Shown piece by piece: positions 39,624-49,513 of a DNA stretch of 64,000 bases. The number at the start of each line of letters is the position of its first letter. Position 1 is the stretch's first letter. Source of the DNA: an uncultured delta proteobacterium (GTDB lineage Bacteria > Desulfobacterota > Binatia > DP-6); NCBI GenBank assembly GCA_963815115.1, contig CAWFFN010000005.1:224001-288000 (forward strand). The letters are read 5' to 3'. The translations under genes and the position numbers were made by a program. Below the pieces are notes generated by a model. It made no database searches. It saw only the letters and a list, made by a program, of their open reading frames with translations, and was not told where the DNA came from.

Positions 39624-40691
39624 GTGGCCACACCGCCCGACTCAGACGTCGTCGCTCCCCGCCCGGGCGAGGAGCTCGATGCGGACGCCGTCGGCCGCCG
39701 GCTCGCGGGGAAGATCCCCGGGGCGGAGGGGACGCCGGCCATCTGGCAGTTCCCCGGCGGCCACGCAAACCTCACCTACCTCGTCGTCTACCCGTCGGCC
39801 CGCTACGTCCTCCGCCGCCCCCCCCATGGCGACATCCCGGCGAGCGCGCACGACATGGGGCGCGAGTACCGGGTGCTGTCGGTGCTCTACAAGGGATTCC
39901 CGTCCGCGCCGCGCGCGTTCCACTACTGCGAGGACGCGAGCGTGATCGGCGCGCCCTTCTTCGTGATGGAGCGCCGCGACGGGGTCGTCGTGCGGCGGGA
40001 CGTGCCGCCGCAGTTCGGCGGCGGCAAGGATCCGGTGGCCAACCGCAAGCTCTCCACCGTGATGATGGACACGCTCGCCGAGCTCCACGCCGTCGACTAC
40101 CGCGCCGTGGGTCTCGAGACGCTCGGGAAGCCCGAGGGCTTCCTCGCGCGACAGGTCTCGGGCTGGACGGCGCGCTGGGAGCGCGCCAAGACCAAGGACC
40201 TCCAGGTGGCGCGCGACGTGGTCGGGTGGCTCGAGGGACACATGCCCGTCTCCCCGCCGGCCACGCTGGTGCACAACGACTGGCGGCTCGACAACATGGC
40301 AGTGACGGCCGAAGACCCGGGGAAGGCGGCGGCAGTCTACGACTGGGACATGTGCACCCTGGGCGACCCGCTCGCCGACGTCGGGACGCTGCTCTCCTCG
40401 TGGTACGAGCCGGGCGAGACCTTCGCCTTCCTGTCGGCCATGCCATCGCAGGCCCCGGGCTTCATGACGCGGGCCGAGGCGATCGCGCGCTACGGCGAGC
40501 GCAGCGGCCGCGACGTCTCGAAGATGCCGTACTACTACATCTTCGGCCTCTTCAAGATGGCCGTGGTCGTGCAGCAGCTCTTCTTCCGCTGGCACAAGGG
40601 GCAGACGAAGGACGACCGGCAGGCGGGCGGCGAGATGGTCGCGGAGGGCATGATGCAGCTCGCCGCCGAGAACATCGCCCGTCTCGGCTAG
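39624..40691 (+). CDS. Phosphotransferase (APH/ACAD10-like)
   Basis: GGHANLTY, LRRPP, HDMGREY, HNDWRLDN, DWD. Confidence 0.92.
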   Translation: MATPPDSDVVAPRPGEELDADAVGRRLAGKIPGAEGTPAIWQFPGGHANLTYLVVYPSARYVLRRPPHGDIPASAHDMGREYRVLSVLYKGFPSAPRAFHYCEDASVIGAPFFVMERRDGVVVRRDVPPQFGGGKDPVANRKLSTVMMDTLAELHAVDYRAVGLETLGKPEGFLARQVSGWTARWERAKTKDLQVARDVVGWLEGHMPVSPPATLVHNDWRLDNMAVTAEDPGKAAAVYDWDMCTLGDPLADVGTLLSSWYEPGETFAFLSAMPSQAPGFMTRAEAIARYGERSGRDVSKMPYYYIFGLFKMAVVVQQLFFRWHKGQTKDDRQAGGEMVAEGMMQLAAENIARLG

Positions 40692-40876
40692 TACCTCGTC
40701 GCGGGCCGCGATCCGCTCCCTTTTCCGAGCCGTGTCCTTCGCCGGCGAGCCCATCCTCGCGAACGGTCCTCGGGAGGCCAGGAGCCTTTTCATTTGGACG
40801 GGGCTGGAATAATGATAGGGGCGTTCGATCTTTCGGGGGCGACCGTGCGATTCGGGGCCGGGGGACATCGTCGGGC

Positions 40877-43800
40877 GTGAGCGTGACCAGAGACAAGGGT
40901 CAACTTGCGAGCGCCCGGCTGGTTCCCGGTGGCGCCGAGCTTCCCGAGGGCGACTACGTCTCCCCGGGGCTCTCCTCGGTCTTTCCCGACGCCTGCTTTC
41001 CCAACATGATGGTGGGAGACAAGGCGGGCAATCCATGGCCTCACCTCCGCCGCGAGGTCCCTCACAACTGGTATTGCGACCGCCGGCGGCCTCTGGTCGG
41101 TTTCCTTGACCGGGACGAGGTCCTCCTGCTCTACAACCTCGCCCTCCAGTTCCGGGGCAAAGGAGCGCTCGAAGTCGGGTGCTGGATGGGCTGGAGCACG
41201 TGCCACCTGGCGCTCGCAGGCGTGGCCCTCGACGTGCTCGATCCCGTGCTGGCGGAGTCCGAGCACGGGAAGAGCGTGCGAGAGTCGCTCGCCGAGGCGG
41301 GGGTGCTCGCCAGCGTGCGCCTCTTCGCGACGTCGAGTCCCGCGGGAGTTCGCGCGCTCGCCGAAGCAACCGACACTCGCTGGAGTCTCTTCTTCATCGA
41401 CGGTGACCACGAGGCGCCTGCGCCCGAGCGAGACGCCCGCGAATGCATGCAGCACGCCGCCGACGATGCCATGATCGTCTTTCACGACCTGGTATCGCCC
41501 GACGTGGAGAAGGGGCTGGACGTTCTGCGGCGGGCGGGCTGGAACGTGCTCGTATACCAGACGATGCAGATCGTCGGGGTGGCCTGGCGGGGGCAGGTGC
41601 GTCCGGTTGCTCACGTACCCGATCCCGCGATCGCCTGGTCGCTGCCGGCCCACCTGGCCAAGTACCCGGTGTGCGGCGCCTCGCCGGAGCAGGAAGTCGG
41701 CCGCCTCTCGATCCAGCTGGCCGCGATCGACCGCGAGGTCGCGGCGCGCGACGACGACATCGCCCGCCTCCAGCGCGACCTCGCGTCGGGGTCCGAGGAA
41801 GTCGCACGGCTGCGTGCCGGCCTCGGCGCGCGCGCCGCGGAGCTCGCGAGTGCTCGAGAGGAGCTCGGCGCCCGGAAGGAGACGGCCGCCCGGCTCCGAG
41901 AGAGCGCCGCCGGCCTCGAGCAGCGTTCCACGGAGCTCGAACGGCTGGCGGCGGCCCGCCAGACGGAGGTCGAGCGGCTCGAGGGCGAGCGTGCTCGGCT
42001 CGCGTCCGACCTGGTCGCGCGCGTCGCGGAGCTCGCGAACGCTCGCGAGAAGCTCGGCGCTCGGAATGCGACGATCGCCCGGCTCCGCGAGGATGCCGCC
42101 GGCCTCGAGCTGCGCTCCGCGGAGCGCGAACGGCTGGTGGCGGCCCGCCAGGCGGAGCTCGAGCGGCTCGAGGGCGAGCGTGCTCGGCTCGCGTGCGCCC
42201 TGGCTCTGCGCCACGAGGAGATCGCATGCCTCTCGGAGGAGGCCGAACGGCTCGGATCGGAGGTACGCGCCCTCCACGGCTCGACGTCGTGGAGGGTCAC
42301 CGCGCCGATGCGCGGCCTCAAGAATGCCGGTCTGCGACTCCGGTCGTCGCTGCGCCGGACCGACGTCGACCCGACGCCTTCGCCTCCCCCCGCACTCCCG
42401 CTCGACGATGACGTCGCGCTCATCTCGCGCAGTGGCTTGTTCGACCCCGAGCACTGTGCGGCTCAGAGTCCGGGTTTTCGTGAGAGCGGGCTCGATCCCC
42501 TCGTGCACTACCTGACCCGGGGCGCGGCGGAGGGAATCGATCCGCACCCGCTGTTCGACGCCTCGTTCTACTGCGAGCAGACGCCCGCCCTTCCCGCGGA
42601 CGTCAATCCGCTCGTCCACTACCTCCGGAACGGCTCGGACGGCGGCCGGGACCCGCATCGGCTCTTCGACACGTCCTTCTATTGCGAGCGGAACCCGGAG
42701 GTCGTCGAGTCCGGAGAGAATCCCCTCGTCCACTATCTCCGCACCGGTGCGGCGGAGGGTCGCGATCCTCACCCCCTGTTCGATTCGTCCTACTACCGGG
42801 CGGAGACAGCGCTCGACCCGGGCGTGAATCCGCTGCTCCACTACCTCGCGCACGGCAGTGCCGAGCGGCGGAATCCCCACCCGCTCTTCGAAGCGTCCTT
42901 CTACCTGGAGCAGAAGCCCCACGTCGTTGCGCTCGGGGTGAACCCGCTGGTGCACTTCCTCACCGAGGGTTCCACCGATGCGTTCGATCCGCTCTCGTCA
43001 CCGCGTTCGCTTCCCGACGGGGGCATCTGCATCGTCACGCCCGACATCGTCGGGCCCGTGAAGAACGGAGGCATCGGGACCGCCTGCTATCATTTCGCAC
43101 GCCTCCTCGCCGAGGACGATCAGCCCGTCACCATCCTGTTCACCGGCGAATTGTCGGCTTGCCGGCGCGCGCACTGGAGGAACGTCTACGCGGGGATGGG
43201 AATCAACTTCGTCTCGCTGTCCGACACGCCACCCGTCACGCGTCTCGTCTATGGCTCGAGCTGGTTCCTGGAAAAGTCCTGGCGGGTGTTCCAGTACCTC
43301 CAGAGCAGGTCCTACTCTCTCGTCCACTTCCAGGACTGGCATGCGAACGGATTCTGGTCGATCAAGGCGAAGCAGGTCGGTCTCGCCTTCGACCGGACCA
43401 CCCTGACGGTCATGGCGCATTCCTGCACCAAGTGGATCGACGAGGGGATGCAGCGGTTCGGCCCCGAACCGATCGAGACGGCGAAGCTGGTGTGGGCGGA
43501 GACGTACGCGATCGAGCACTGCGACGTGCTCTTGAGCCCCAGCCGCTACATGCTCGACTGGCTGTCGCAGAACGGCATCCGGACCCCGAAGTCGGTCGTT
43601 GTGGCCCCCAATGCCTACACGGAACATCCCGAGAGAGACGGGCAGCCACGGGAGGTCGACAACGACCATCTGGTGTTCTTCGGACGCCTGGAGACGCGCA
43701 AGGGCCTGCACGTTTTCGGCGACGCGCTTCGCCTGCTTCGACGCCAGGGTGGTCCCATGCCCCGTGCGCTCTCGTTCCTCGGCACCCTCGACGAGGTGAA

Positions 43801-45031
43801 CGGCCAGCCGGCGGCAGAATACCTGGACGCGCTCCGGCAGGACCTGGCGCCGGTCGAGTTCTGCGTCCTCAACCACCTCGATCACGCCGGCGCGCTCGAG
43901 TACATCGATCGGACTCGAGGGTTCGTCGTCCTCCCCTCGCTGCTCGACAACTGCCCCCTGGTCGTCATCGAGTGCATCGAGAACGGCTTCCCGTTCCTCG
44001 CCGCGACGACGGGCGGGATCCCCGACATGGTCGATCGGAAGGCGACGTTCGAGCCGACCCCTTCCGCGCTCGCGGCGCGGCTCGTGGATCGCCACCGCAT
44101 CGACCACGCCGCCATGCGGCATCCGTACTCGGCGCGCGAGGCGGCCAGGACATGGCGTGACCTGCACGATGAGCGGGGGCCCCTCGGCGGAGCCGGTCGA
44201 GCCTCGCAGGGGCCCGCGAGGGACCTCGGAGACCCGCCGCGGGTGTCGGTCTGCATCCCCTTCTTCGAGCACCACCGCTATCTCGCTTCGCTCGTCGCGG
44301 CCTTCGAGGACCAGAGCTACGCCGACCTCGAGGTCGTGGTGGTCAACGACGGGAGCGGTCCCGAGGCCTCGCAGGAGTTCGACCGCGTGGCCGCCCGCAC
44401 GCACGACGCCCGCTTCCGCTTCCTCACCACGGAGAACCGGGGTCCGGGTGGCGCCCGCAACACCGCGGCGGAGGCTGCGACGGGCGAGGTGCTGCTGTTC
44501 TTCGACGCCGACAACCTTCCCAAGAGCCACGACTTCGTGACCGCGCTGGTTCGCGCCCTGCGCCGGTCCGGCGCCGACTGCGTAACCTGCCCGCACGACC
44601 AGGTGACCGCCGACCGACTGGTGCCGACGGAGCGGGACGTGCAGGCGACATACCGCCCCTGGGGACCCTGCCTGGAGGCCGGATTCTTCGAGAATGTGCT
44701 GGGGGACTCCGCGATGATCGTGTCGCGCTCGGTGTTCGAGCGGGTGGGCGGATTTCCCACGGGACATGCCTCGTGGGAGGATCAGGAATTCCTGCTCCGG
44801 CTGTGCTTCCAGGGCTTCAGGCTCGAGACGTTCCCGGAGGCACTCTTCTACTACCGGCTGAGCCCGTCGGGCAGGAACCGGCAGGCGAATCCCTTTCTGA
44901 ACTATCGCAGCCTCTTCGATCAGCTTCAGGCGGCGCCGAGTGCGCACCTTGCGCGCATCATCGCGGCCGTGGGAGGCCCGATGCTCGTGGCACGTTTCGG
45001 CGTTTCGTCCGATCGCCGGGTCGGCAACTGA
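40877..45031 (+). CDS. Multidomain glycan synthase: methyltransferase, coiled coil, PLxHYL/HPLFD repeats, GT4-like and GT2 glycosyltransferases
   Basis: LEVGCWMGWST..FFIDGDH..VFHD; heptads ending STSWRVTAPMR; NGGIGT..FGRLETRKG..DNCPLVVIEC; VVVNDGS..GARN..FFDADN..WED. Start approximate. Confidence 0.9.
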   Translation: MSVTRDKGQLASARLVPGGAELPEGDYVSPGLSSVFPDACFPNMMVGDKAGNPWPHLRREVPHNWYCDRRRPLVGFLDRDEVLLLYNLALQFRGKGALEVGCWMGWSTCHLALAGVALDVLDPVLAESEHGKSVRESLAEAGVLASVRLFATSSPAGVRALAEATDTRWSLFFIDGDHEAPAPERDARECMQHAADDAMIVFHDLVSPDVEKGLDVLRRAGWNVLVYQTMQIVGVAWRGQVRPVAHVPDPAIAWSLPAHLAKYPVCGASPEQEVGRLSIQLAAIDREVAARDDDIARLQRDLASGSEEVARLRAGLGARAAELASAREELGARKETAARLRESAAGLEQRSTELERLAAARQTEVERLEGERARLASDLVARVAELANAREKLGARNATIARLREDAAGLELRSAERERLVAARQAELERLEGERARLACALALRHEEIACLSEEAERLGSEVRALHGSTSWRVTAPMRGLKNAGLRLRSSLRRTDVDPTPSPPPALPLDDDVALISRSGLFDPEHCAAQSPGFRESGLDPLVHYLTRGAAEGIDPHPLFDASFYCEQTPALPADVNPLVHYLRNGSDGGRDPHRLFDTSFYCERNPEVVESGENPLVHYLRTGAAEGRDPHPLFDSSYYRAETALDPGVNPLLHYLAHGSAERRNPHPLFEASFYLEQKPHVVALGVNPLVHFLTEGSTDAFDPLSSPRSLPDGGICIVTPDIVGPVKNGGIGTACYHFARLLAEDDQPVTILFTGELSACRRAHWRNVYAGMGINFVSLSDTPPVTRLVYGSSWFLEKSWRVFQYLQSRSYSLVHFQDWHANGFWSIKAKQVGLAFDRTTLTVMAHSCTKWIDEGMQRFGPEPIETAKLVWAETYAIEHCDVLLSPSRYMLDWLSQNGIRTPKSVVVAPNAYTEHPERDGQPREVDNDHLVFFGRLETRKGLHVFGDALRLLRRQGGPMPRALSFLGTLDEVNGQPAAEYLDALRQDLAPVEFCVLNHLDHAGALEYIDRTRGFVVLPSLLDNCPLVVIECIENGFPFLAATTGGIPDMVDRKATFEPTPSALAARLVDRHRIDHAAMRHPYSAREAARTWRDLHDERGPLGGAGRASQGPARDLGDPPRVSVCIPFFEHHRYLASLVAAFEDQSYADLEVVVVNDGSGPEASQEFDRVAARTHDARFRFLTTENRGPGGARNTAAEAATGEVLLFFDADNLPKSHDFVTALVRALRRSGADCVTCPHDQVTADRLVPTERDVQATYRPWGPCLEAGFFENVLGDSAMIVSRSVFERVGGFPTGHASWEDQEFLLRLCFQGFRLETFPEALFYYRLSPSGRNRQANPFLNYRSLFDQLQAAPSAHLARIIAAVGGPMLVARFGVSSDRRVGN
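41828..42193 (+). repeat. 189-bp tandem duplication within the coiled coil
   Basis: 41828-42004 versus 42017-42193: ARAAELASAREELGAR...EGERARLA versus ARVAELANAREKLGAR...EGERARLA. Confidence 0.9.
42431..42990 (+). repeat. Five ~36-aa protein repeats (NPLVHYLxxGxxEGxDPHPLFDxSFY)
   Basis: Directly visible in the translation. Confidence 0.85.
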
Positions 45032-45053
45032 CGCGAGTGCCCGAGGAGACGAC

Positions 45054-45911
45054 GTGACGGGACGGGACGCGTTCGGGGTGCGTCGACCGCTCAACGCTAC
45101 GGTGGGCGTCGCATGGGACGTTCGCAGCGGGACGGTGCTGGACCCGGCCCTCGCCCGGCTCGCGGCGGCGCCCGAATCCGGGCGGTGGCTCGCCCGCGAC
45201 TCCATGCCGATCCCCGCGACCGCCGACCGGGAGGGCTACCACGACGACCGCCACTTCGAGTACTGGCTCTCCGGCCTCGCCGACTCCCGGAAGGTCATGG
45301 AGGCCTGCCCCGACGTCGGGTGGAACGGGGCCACGCTGCTCGACTTCGGCGGCGCCACCGGGCGCGTCTCGCGACACTTCTTCGCGCAGGGCGAGCTCTC
45401 CGAGGTCGTCCTCTGCGACGTCAGCATCAACAACGTGGCGTGGGTGCTCGAACACTTCCCGTCGGGCTTCGGGGTCTTCAAGAACAGCTGGGTCCCCTCC
45501 CTTCCGATCCCCGACGGGCACTTCGACGTCGTCACGGCGTTCTCGGTCTTCACGCACATGAACGAGTACGAGCTGGCATGGCTCTACGAGCTGCGGCGCG
45601 TGCTCAAGCCCGGCGGCATCCTCTACGCGACGGTGCACAACGACGACACCTGGAGGATCCTGCCCTCGACGTGCGTGTACGAGGTCGTGAAGAACTCCGA
45701 GGCATTCCTCGCCGTCTGGCAGGAGGGGAAGGAGCTGGCGGATCGGCTCGTGGTCGAATATTCCGAACAGCCGGCGTACAACTGCAACACGTTCCACCCC
45801 AACGCGTACATCCACCGGGTCTGGGGGCGGGTCCTCACCGTGGCCGACATCAAGCCGCTCAGGCACGACTATCAAGCCGCCATCGTGTTGCGGAACGGAT
45901 TGCCGCGGTAG
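45054..45911 (+). CDS. Class I SAM-dependent methyltransferase
   Basis: GAGGAG RBS; LLDFGGATGR, FDVVTAFSVFTH, LKPGG. Confidence 0.9.
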   Translation: MTGRDAFGVRRPLNATVGVAWDVRSGTVLDPALARLAAAPESGRWLARDSMPIPATADREGYHDDRHFEYWLSGLADSRKVMEACPDVGWNGATLLDFGGATGRVSRHFFAQGELSEVVLCDVSINNVAWVLEHFPSGFGVFKNSWVPSLPIPDGHFDVVTAFSVFTHMNEYELAWLYELRRVLKPGGILYATVHNDDTWRILPSTCVYEVVKNSEAFLAVWQEGKELADRLVVEYSEQPAYNCNTFHPNAYIHRVWGRVLTVADIKPLRHDYQAAIVLRNGLPR

Positions 45912-45932
45912 CGAGACGCGGCGAGACCGCCG

Positions 45933-46916
45933 ATGACGGACGCCGATGCGACCAGTTTGCAGAAGCTCAGGAGCCTCCTCGGAGAGCTGGCGCAAGACGA
46001 GCTGGTTGAGCTGATCCCCGATCTGAGCGCACTCCTGCGCCGAACCGCGACGGAATACTGGTGGATGAAGAAGGCCGTGTTCGACGCCTTCGAGGCTCAC
46101 GGCTTCCACGTCACGCAGGACCACTACTATTCGGCGCAGCCCTCGGTGACCAGGCTGCCCATCGACCTCTGGGACGGGCCGCGCTACCTCACCGAGAGCT
46201 TCGCATTCGACATGGGAGCAATGCGATCCCTGTTCGATGAGATCGCCCCCTTCGCCTCGGAGCTGTCCGACCTGCCGGCGACTGCGGACTCCGGATTCTA
46301 CTGGGAGAACGCGTTCTTCCCGAGCTTCGATGCGATCGTCTACTACGGGATATGCCGACGTTTCGCGCCGTCAGTGGTCCTGGAGGTCGGCTCGGGGTTC
46401 TCGACACACATCGCCGTGCGGGCGGCCGAGCGTAACGGAACGACGGAGGTGAGATGCATCGAGCCCTACCCGATGCCTGCCCTGCTGCAAATTCGGCATC
46501 GCCTCTCGCGGCTGCTCGTCGAGCGAGTCCAGGACGTTCCCATGGATGCCTACTCGGACCTGAGAGCGGGTGATGTCCTGTTCGTCGACACGTCGCACGT
46601 CTCCAAGATCGGAAGCGACCTCCACCATATCCTCTTCCACATCCTTCCGGCGCTCCCTGCGGGAGTGCTCATCCACTTTCACGACATCTTCCTGCCACGA
46701 GAGTATCCGCCGCAGTGGGTACTCGAAAGAAACTGGTTCTGGAACGAACAGTACCTGTTGCTGGCGTTTCTCATGTACAACAAGGCCTTCAAAGTCCTGT
46801 TCATGAGCAATCACTTCCTCGTCACCTGTGGCGAGGTGGCGCAGCGCGCGCTGGGCGGGCTCGGCCTGGGTCCTCTGCAGGGCGCGTCGTTCTGGCTCCG
46901 CAAGGAGACACCGTGA
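45933..46916 (+). CDS. Class I SAM-dependent methyltransferase (Methyltransf_24-like)
   Basis: LEVGSGFST, IEPYP, LFVDTSH, IHFHDIFLP.EYP, WNEQY. Confidence 0.9.
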   Translation: MTDADATSLQKLRSLLGELAQDELVELIPDLSALLRRTATEYWWMKKAVFDAFEAHGFHVTQDHYYSAQPSVTRLPIDLWDGPRYLTESFAFDMGAMRSLFDEIAPFASELSDLPATADSGFYWENAFFPSFDAIVYYGICRRFAPSVVLEVGSGFSTHIAVRAAERNGTTEVRCIEPYPMPALLQIRHRLSRLLVERVQDVPMDAYSDLRAGDVLFVDTSHVSKIGSDLHHILFHILPALPAGVLIHFHDIFLPREYPPQWVLERNWFWNEQYLLLAFLMYNKAFKVLFMSNHFLVTCGEVAQRALGGLGLGPLQGASFWLRKETP

Positions 46917-46963
46917 ATCCGACCGGCAGCTTCGATCGGCCACCACGGGAAATGAGGTGGTAG

Positions 46964-47605
46964 ATGCCCGCAAGAGATCGAGATCTGATCTCGCTCGCGG
47001 CAGACGTTGGCAACGACTGGAAGACGGGCGCCTACTACGACGATGCCGAGACAGCGATGGACGTGCAGTGGAACGGGCTCATCTGGCCATTCATCGAGAG
47101 CCGCGACTTCTCCTGCGTGGTCGAGGTCGCAGCGGGGCACGGGCGCAACAGCGAGAAGCTCCGTCGCCTCGCCGACAAGCTCTACCTGGTCGATATCAAC
47201 ATCGAGAACATCGACTATCTGAAGCAGCGATTCCGCGACGCTTCGAACGTCGTGTACGTCCACAACAACGGCACGGATCTGGGCGGGATACCGACTGGAG
47301 ATGCGACGTTCGTCTACTCGTTCGACGCCATGGTGCACTTCGACAGCGATGTCGTGCGAGCGTACCTCGCAGAGTTCGCGCGCGTCCTCAAAGTCGGAGG
47401 GTCCGGGTTCTGTCACTACTCGAACTACAAGGGCAACCCGACGGGCTCCCATCGAGACCACCCCGGTTGGCGGAACTTCATGTGTCGCGAGCTGTTCGAG
47501 CACTACGCCTGGAAGGAAGGCCTGACGCCGGTCAAGTCGATCCAGCTCGACTGGATGGGGGACGGAACCGACTCGGATGCGATGACGCTGTTCGAGAAAC
47601 GCTGA
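46964..47605 (+). CDS. Class I SAM-dependent methyltransferase
   Basis: VVEVAAGHGR, VDIN, YSFDAMVHF, RVLKVGG. Confidence 0.88.
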   Translation: MPARDRDLISLAADVGNDWKTGAYYDDAETAMDVQWNGLIWPFIESRDFSCVVEVAAGHGRNSEKLRRLADKLYLVDINIENIDYLKQRFRDASNVVYVHNNGTDLGGIPTGDATFVYSFDAMVHFDSDVVRAYLAEFARVLKVGGSGFCHYSNYKGNPTGSHRDHPGWRNFMCRELFEHYAWKEGLTPVKSIQLDWMGDGTDSDAMTLFEKR

Positions 47606-47667
47606 TCGGCCGAGCGCGACGGCGCGGAGCGGTCGATCGGGCCTGCAGGCCGCGGATGTCGCCTACA

Positions 47668-48105
47668 TCACGCCGGGGCGGAGCCGCTCATGGACGAGAG
47701 CTTGCCCTTCAGCTCGGCCTTCAGCGCCAGATCGGATGCTGCGCTCGATGCGGCGCGCTTTCCCCGTGGCGCCTGCGGCAGGTAGTCCTCGACCGAGCGG
47801 ACGCCCTGGACCTTCCACGCGTCCGCGACGGCGGCGTCGCGCTGCGCGGCCGTTGCGACCGAGCCGACGAGGAACACCCGTCCCATGTAGACGTAGGGAG
47901 CGATGCTGGTGCCCCCGAGCGCGTCGTCCTCCATCAGCGTGGCGCGCAGCTCCGCCTTCGTCGCGCGGTCCTCGAGCCTCGAGGCCAGGTTCTCCTCGCT
48001 GCGCGCCGCGCGCGCCATGGCGCGGTAGGGCCGCGCGTGGCCGCAGGCGAGCAGCCCGACCGAAGCGCCGAGCAGAAGCCGGGATGCGACGGTCCGCGTG
48101 CTCAT
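47668..48105 (-). CDS. BON-domain lipoprotein, apparently truncated at the start of a second BON domain
   Basis: Lipobox LLAC; EDRATKAELRATL..GRVFLVGSV..VQGVRSVEDYL; ends shortly after SDLALKAELKGKL. Confidence 0.75.
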   Translation of the reverse strand: MSTRTVASRLLLGASVGLLACGHARPYRAMARAARSEENLASRLEDRATKAELRATLMEDDALGGTSIAPYVYMGRVFLVGSVATAAQRDAAVADAWKVQGVRSVEDYLPQAPRGKRAASSAASDLALKAELKGKLSSMSGSAPA

Positions 48106-48491
48106 CCGCCGTGCGCGATGATTGCCGTCTTGCAGGGGTCGGATAGGTCGGCGGCGTGCGCCTGCAGGCACTTCTTGATCTTCGCTCGGTCGGGCGCGGC
48201 GTCGCGACACAGCCGCATCACGTCGGGCCGGCACGCCTCGCCGGCCGGGTTCCCCCCGCCGGAAGTTCTTGTGGCAGGCGCCTCCGTGGCGGGGATGCCG
48301 AGCGCGGCCCGGCAACCGGGCGTCAGGCTCGACGCGTTGCCGCGCAGGCAGCCGATGATGCGCCCTCCGCCCGGGCGGAGTCCGTGGCACAGGCGCTCGG
48401 CATCTCCCGCGCAGGCGGCCATCTGCGCGCCGGCGAGACGCGTGCCGAGGGCGAGCAAGGCGGCAAGCGTGACGAGAGCGGTCTTCCTCAT
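48102..48491 (-). CDS. Secreted cysteine-rich repeat (GLG1/Cys_rich_FGFR-like) protein
   Basis: Two ACxxDxxRLC...CL...LxxxC units; AGGAGG RBS. Confidence 0.85.
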   Translation of the reverse strand: MRKTALVTLAALLALGTRLAGAQMAACAGDAERLCHGLRPGGGRIIGCLRGNASSLTPGCRAALGIPATEAPATRTSGGGNPAGEACRPDVMRLCRDAAPDRAKIKKCLQAHAADLSDPCKTAIIAHGG

Positions 48492-48652
48492 TGGTAGCCT
48501 CCTCGCGTGATGGCGCGCGGGTATATCACGTCCGCGCTCCTCGGGATGACGCCGGCCCTCGTGTCGGATTCCCCGTGCTGTCGAGCGGCGCTCCGTGCTA
48601 GCAGGGCCCCAGGGTCACGGGATCGCACGCGCGTGCGAGAGGGAGGAACGTC

Positions 48653-49165
48653 ATGACGAAGTCGCCGCTCGCCCTGGTTCTGTCGATTGCCCTGTCGGTT
48701 GGCTGGCTCGCTCCTGCACGCGGTGCGCCGCTCGCGCCGACCAAGCCGAGCCAGATCGTGACGCTGCAACCCGATGTGACCATCGGGACGACGCCGTGCA
48801 GCGGCGTACAGTTCGGCGTGAGGCAGGTGGTGAATCCCGATCTGACGACGGCGCCGCTGGTGATCCCCGACGAGCAGGTCCTCGTCGTCACGAGCGGTAC
48901 CTGGCGAACGGTGTCGGCCGCGACGCCCGCCGAACGGCACCTGGCGCTGCGCCTGTTCCTGAAGGACGGCACGGCCAACCAGGTCGTCGTCCTGCTGGGT
49001 GCCGGGGCAGTCTCCGATGTCGACGCGCGGGCGTCCGGCTCGTTCCGGCTCGACCCGGGGTTCGTGGTGCGGCCCGGTCAGACCATCTGTGCCGAGCTCG
49101 CCACCGACGGCTTGCCCGTCGCCGTCACGGTGATCGCCAATGGCTATCTGACCAAGGACAAGTAG
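48653..49165 (+). CDS. Secreted hypothetical protein
   Basis: GGAGG RBS, signal peptide ending APARG, beta-rich, two Cys. Confidence 0.75.
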   Translation: MTKSPLALVLSIALSVGWLAPARGAPLAPTKPSQIVTLQPDVTIGTTPCSGVQFGVRQVVNPDLTTAPLVIPDEQVLVVTSGTWRTVSAATPAERHLALRLFLKDGTANQVVVLLGAGAVSDVDARASGSFRLDPGFVVRPGQTICAELATDGLPVAVTVIANGYLTKDK

Positions 49166-49175
49166 CGGCGCCGGC

Positions 49176-49436
49176 CTATGGCTGCCCGGCCAGGCGGCGC
49201 ATCGCGAGGAGCACCAGGGCCTCGAAGCTCATCGCCTGCGCCGGGCCGCCACGCCTGACGGCGAGCTCGACCAGCCCCGAGCCCAGCTCGCGAACCACCC
49301 AGCCGGCCTGCTCGAGGAAGTCGCGTGCGATCTGCAGATCCTCACGCGACACCGTCACCCGCCCTGCACGCAGCCACGCATCGGCCATGCGCGATGCGGC
49401 CAGCTCGAAACGGCTGACGACCTTCCTCGGCGGCAT
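49176..49436 (-). CDS. Small hypothetical protein (86 aa)
   Basis: MPPRKVVSRFELAASRMADAW...; host-like codon use, fills the gap. Confidence 0.6.
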   Translation of the reverse strand: MPPRKVVSRFELAASRMADAWLRAGRVTVSREDLQIARDFLEQAGWVVRELGSGLVELAVRRGGPAQAMSFEALVLLAMRRLAGQP

Positions 49437-49513
49437 CTCGGTGACGTTCTGGTCCACGGATGAACCAGACCAGACCGGCTCCTCCGCCCTCCGTCCAGCG
49501 GTAGACGTCGTGC

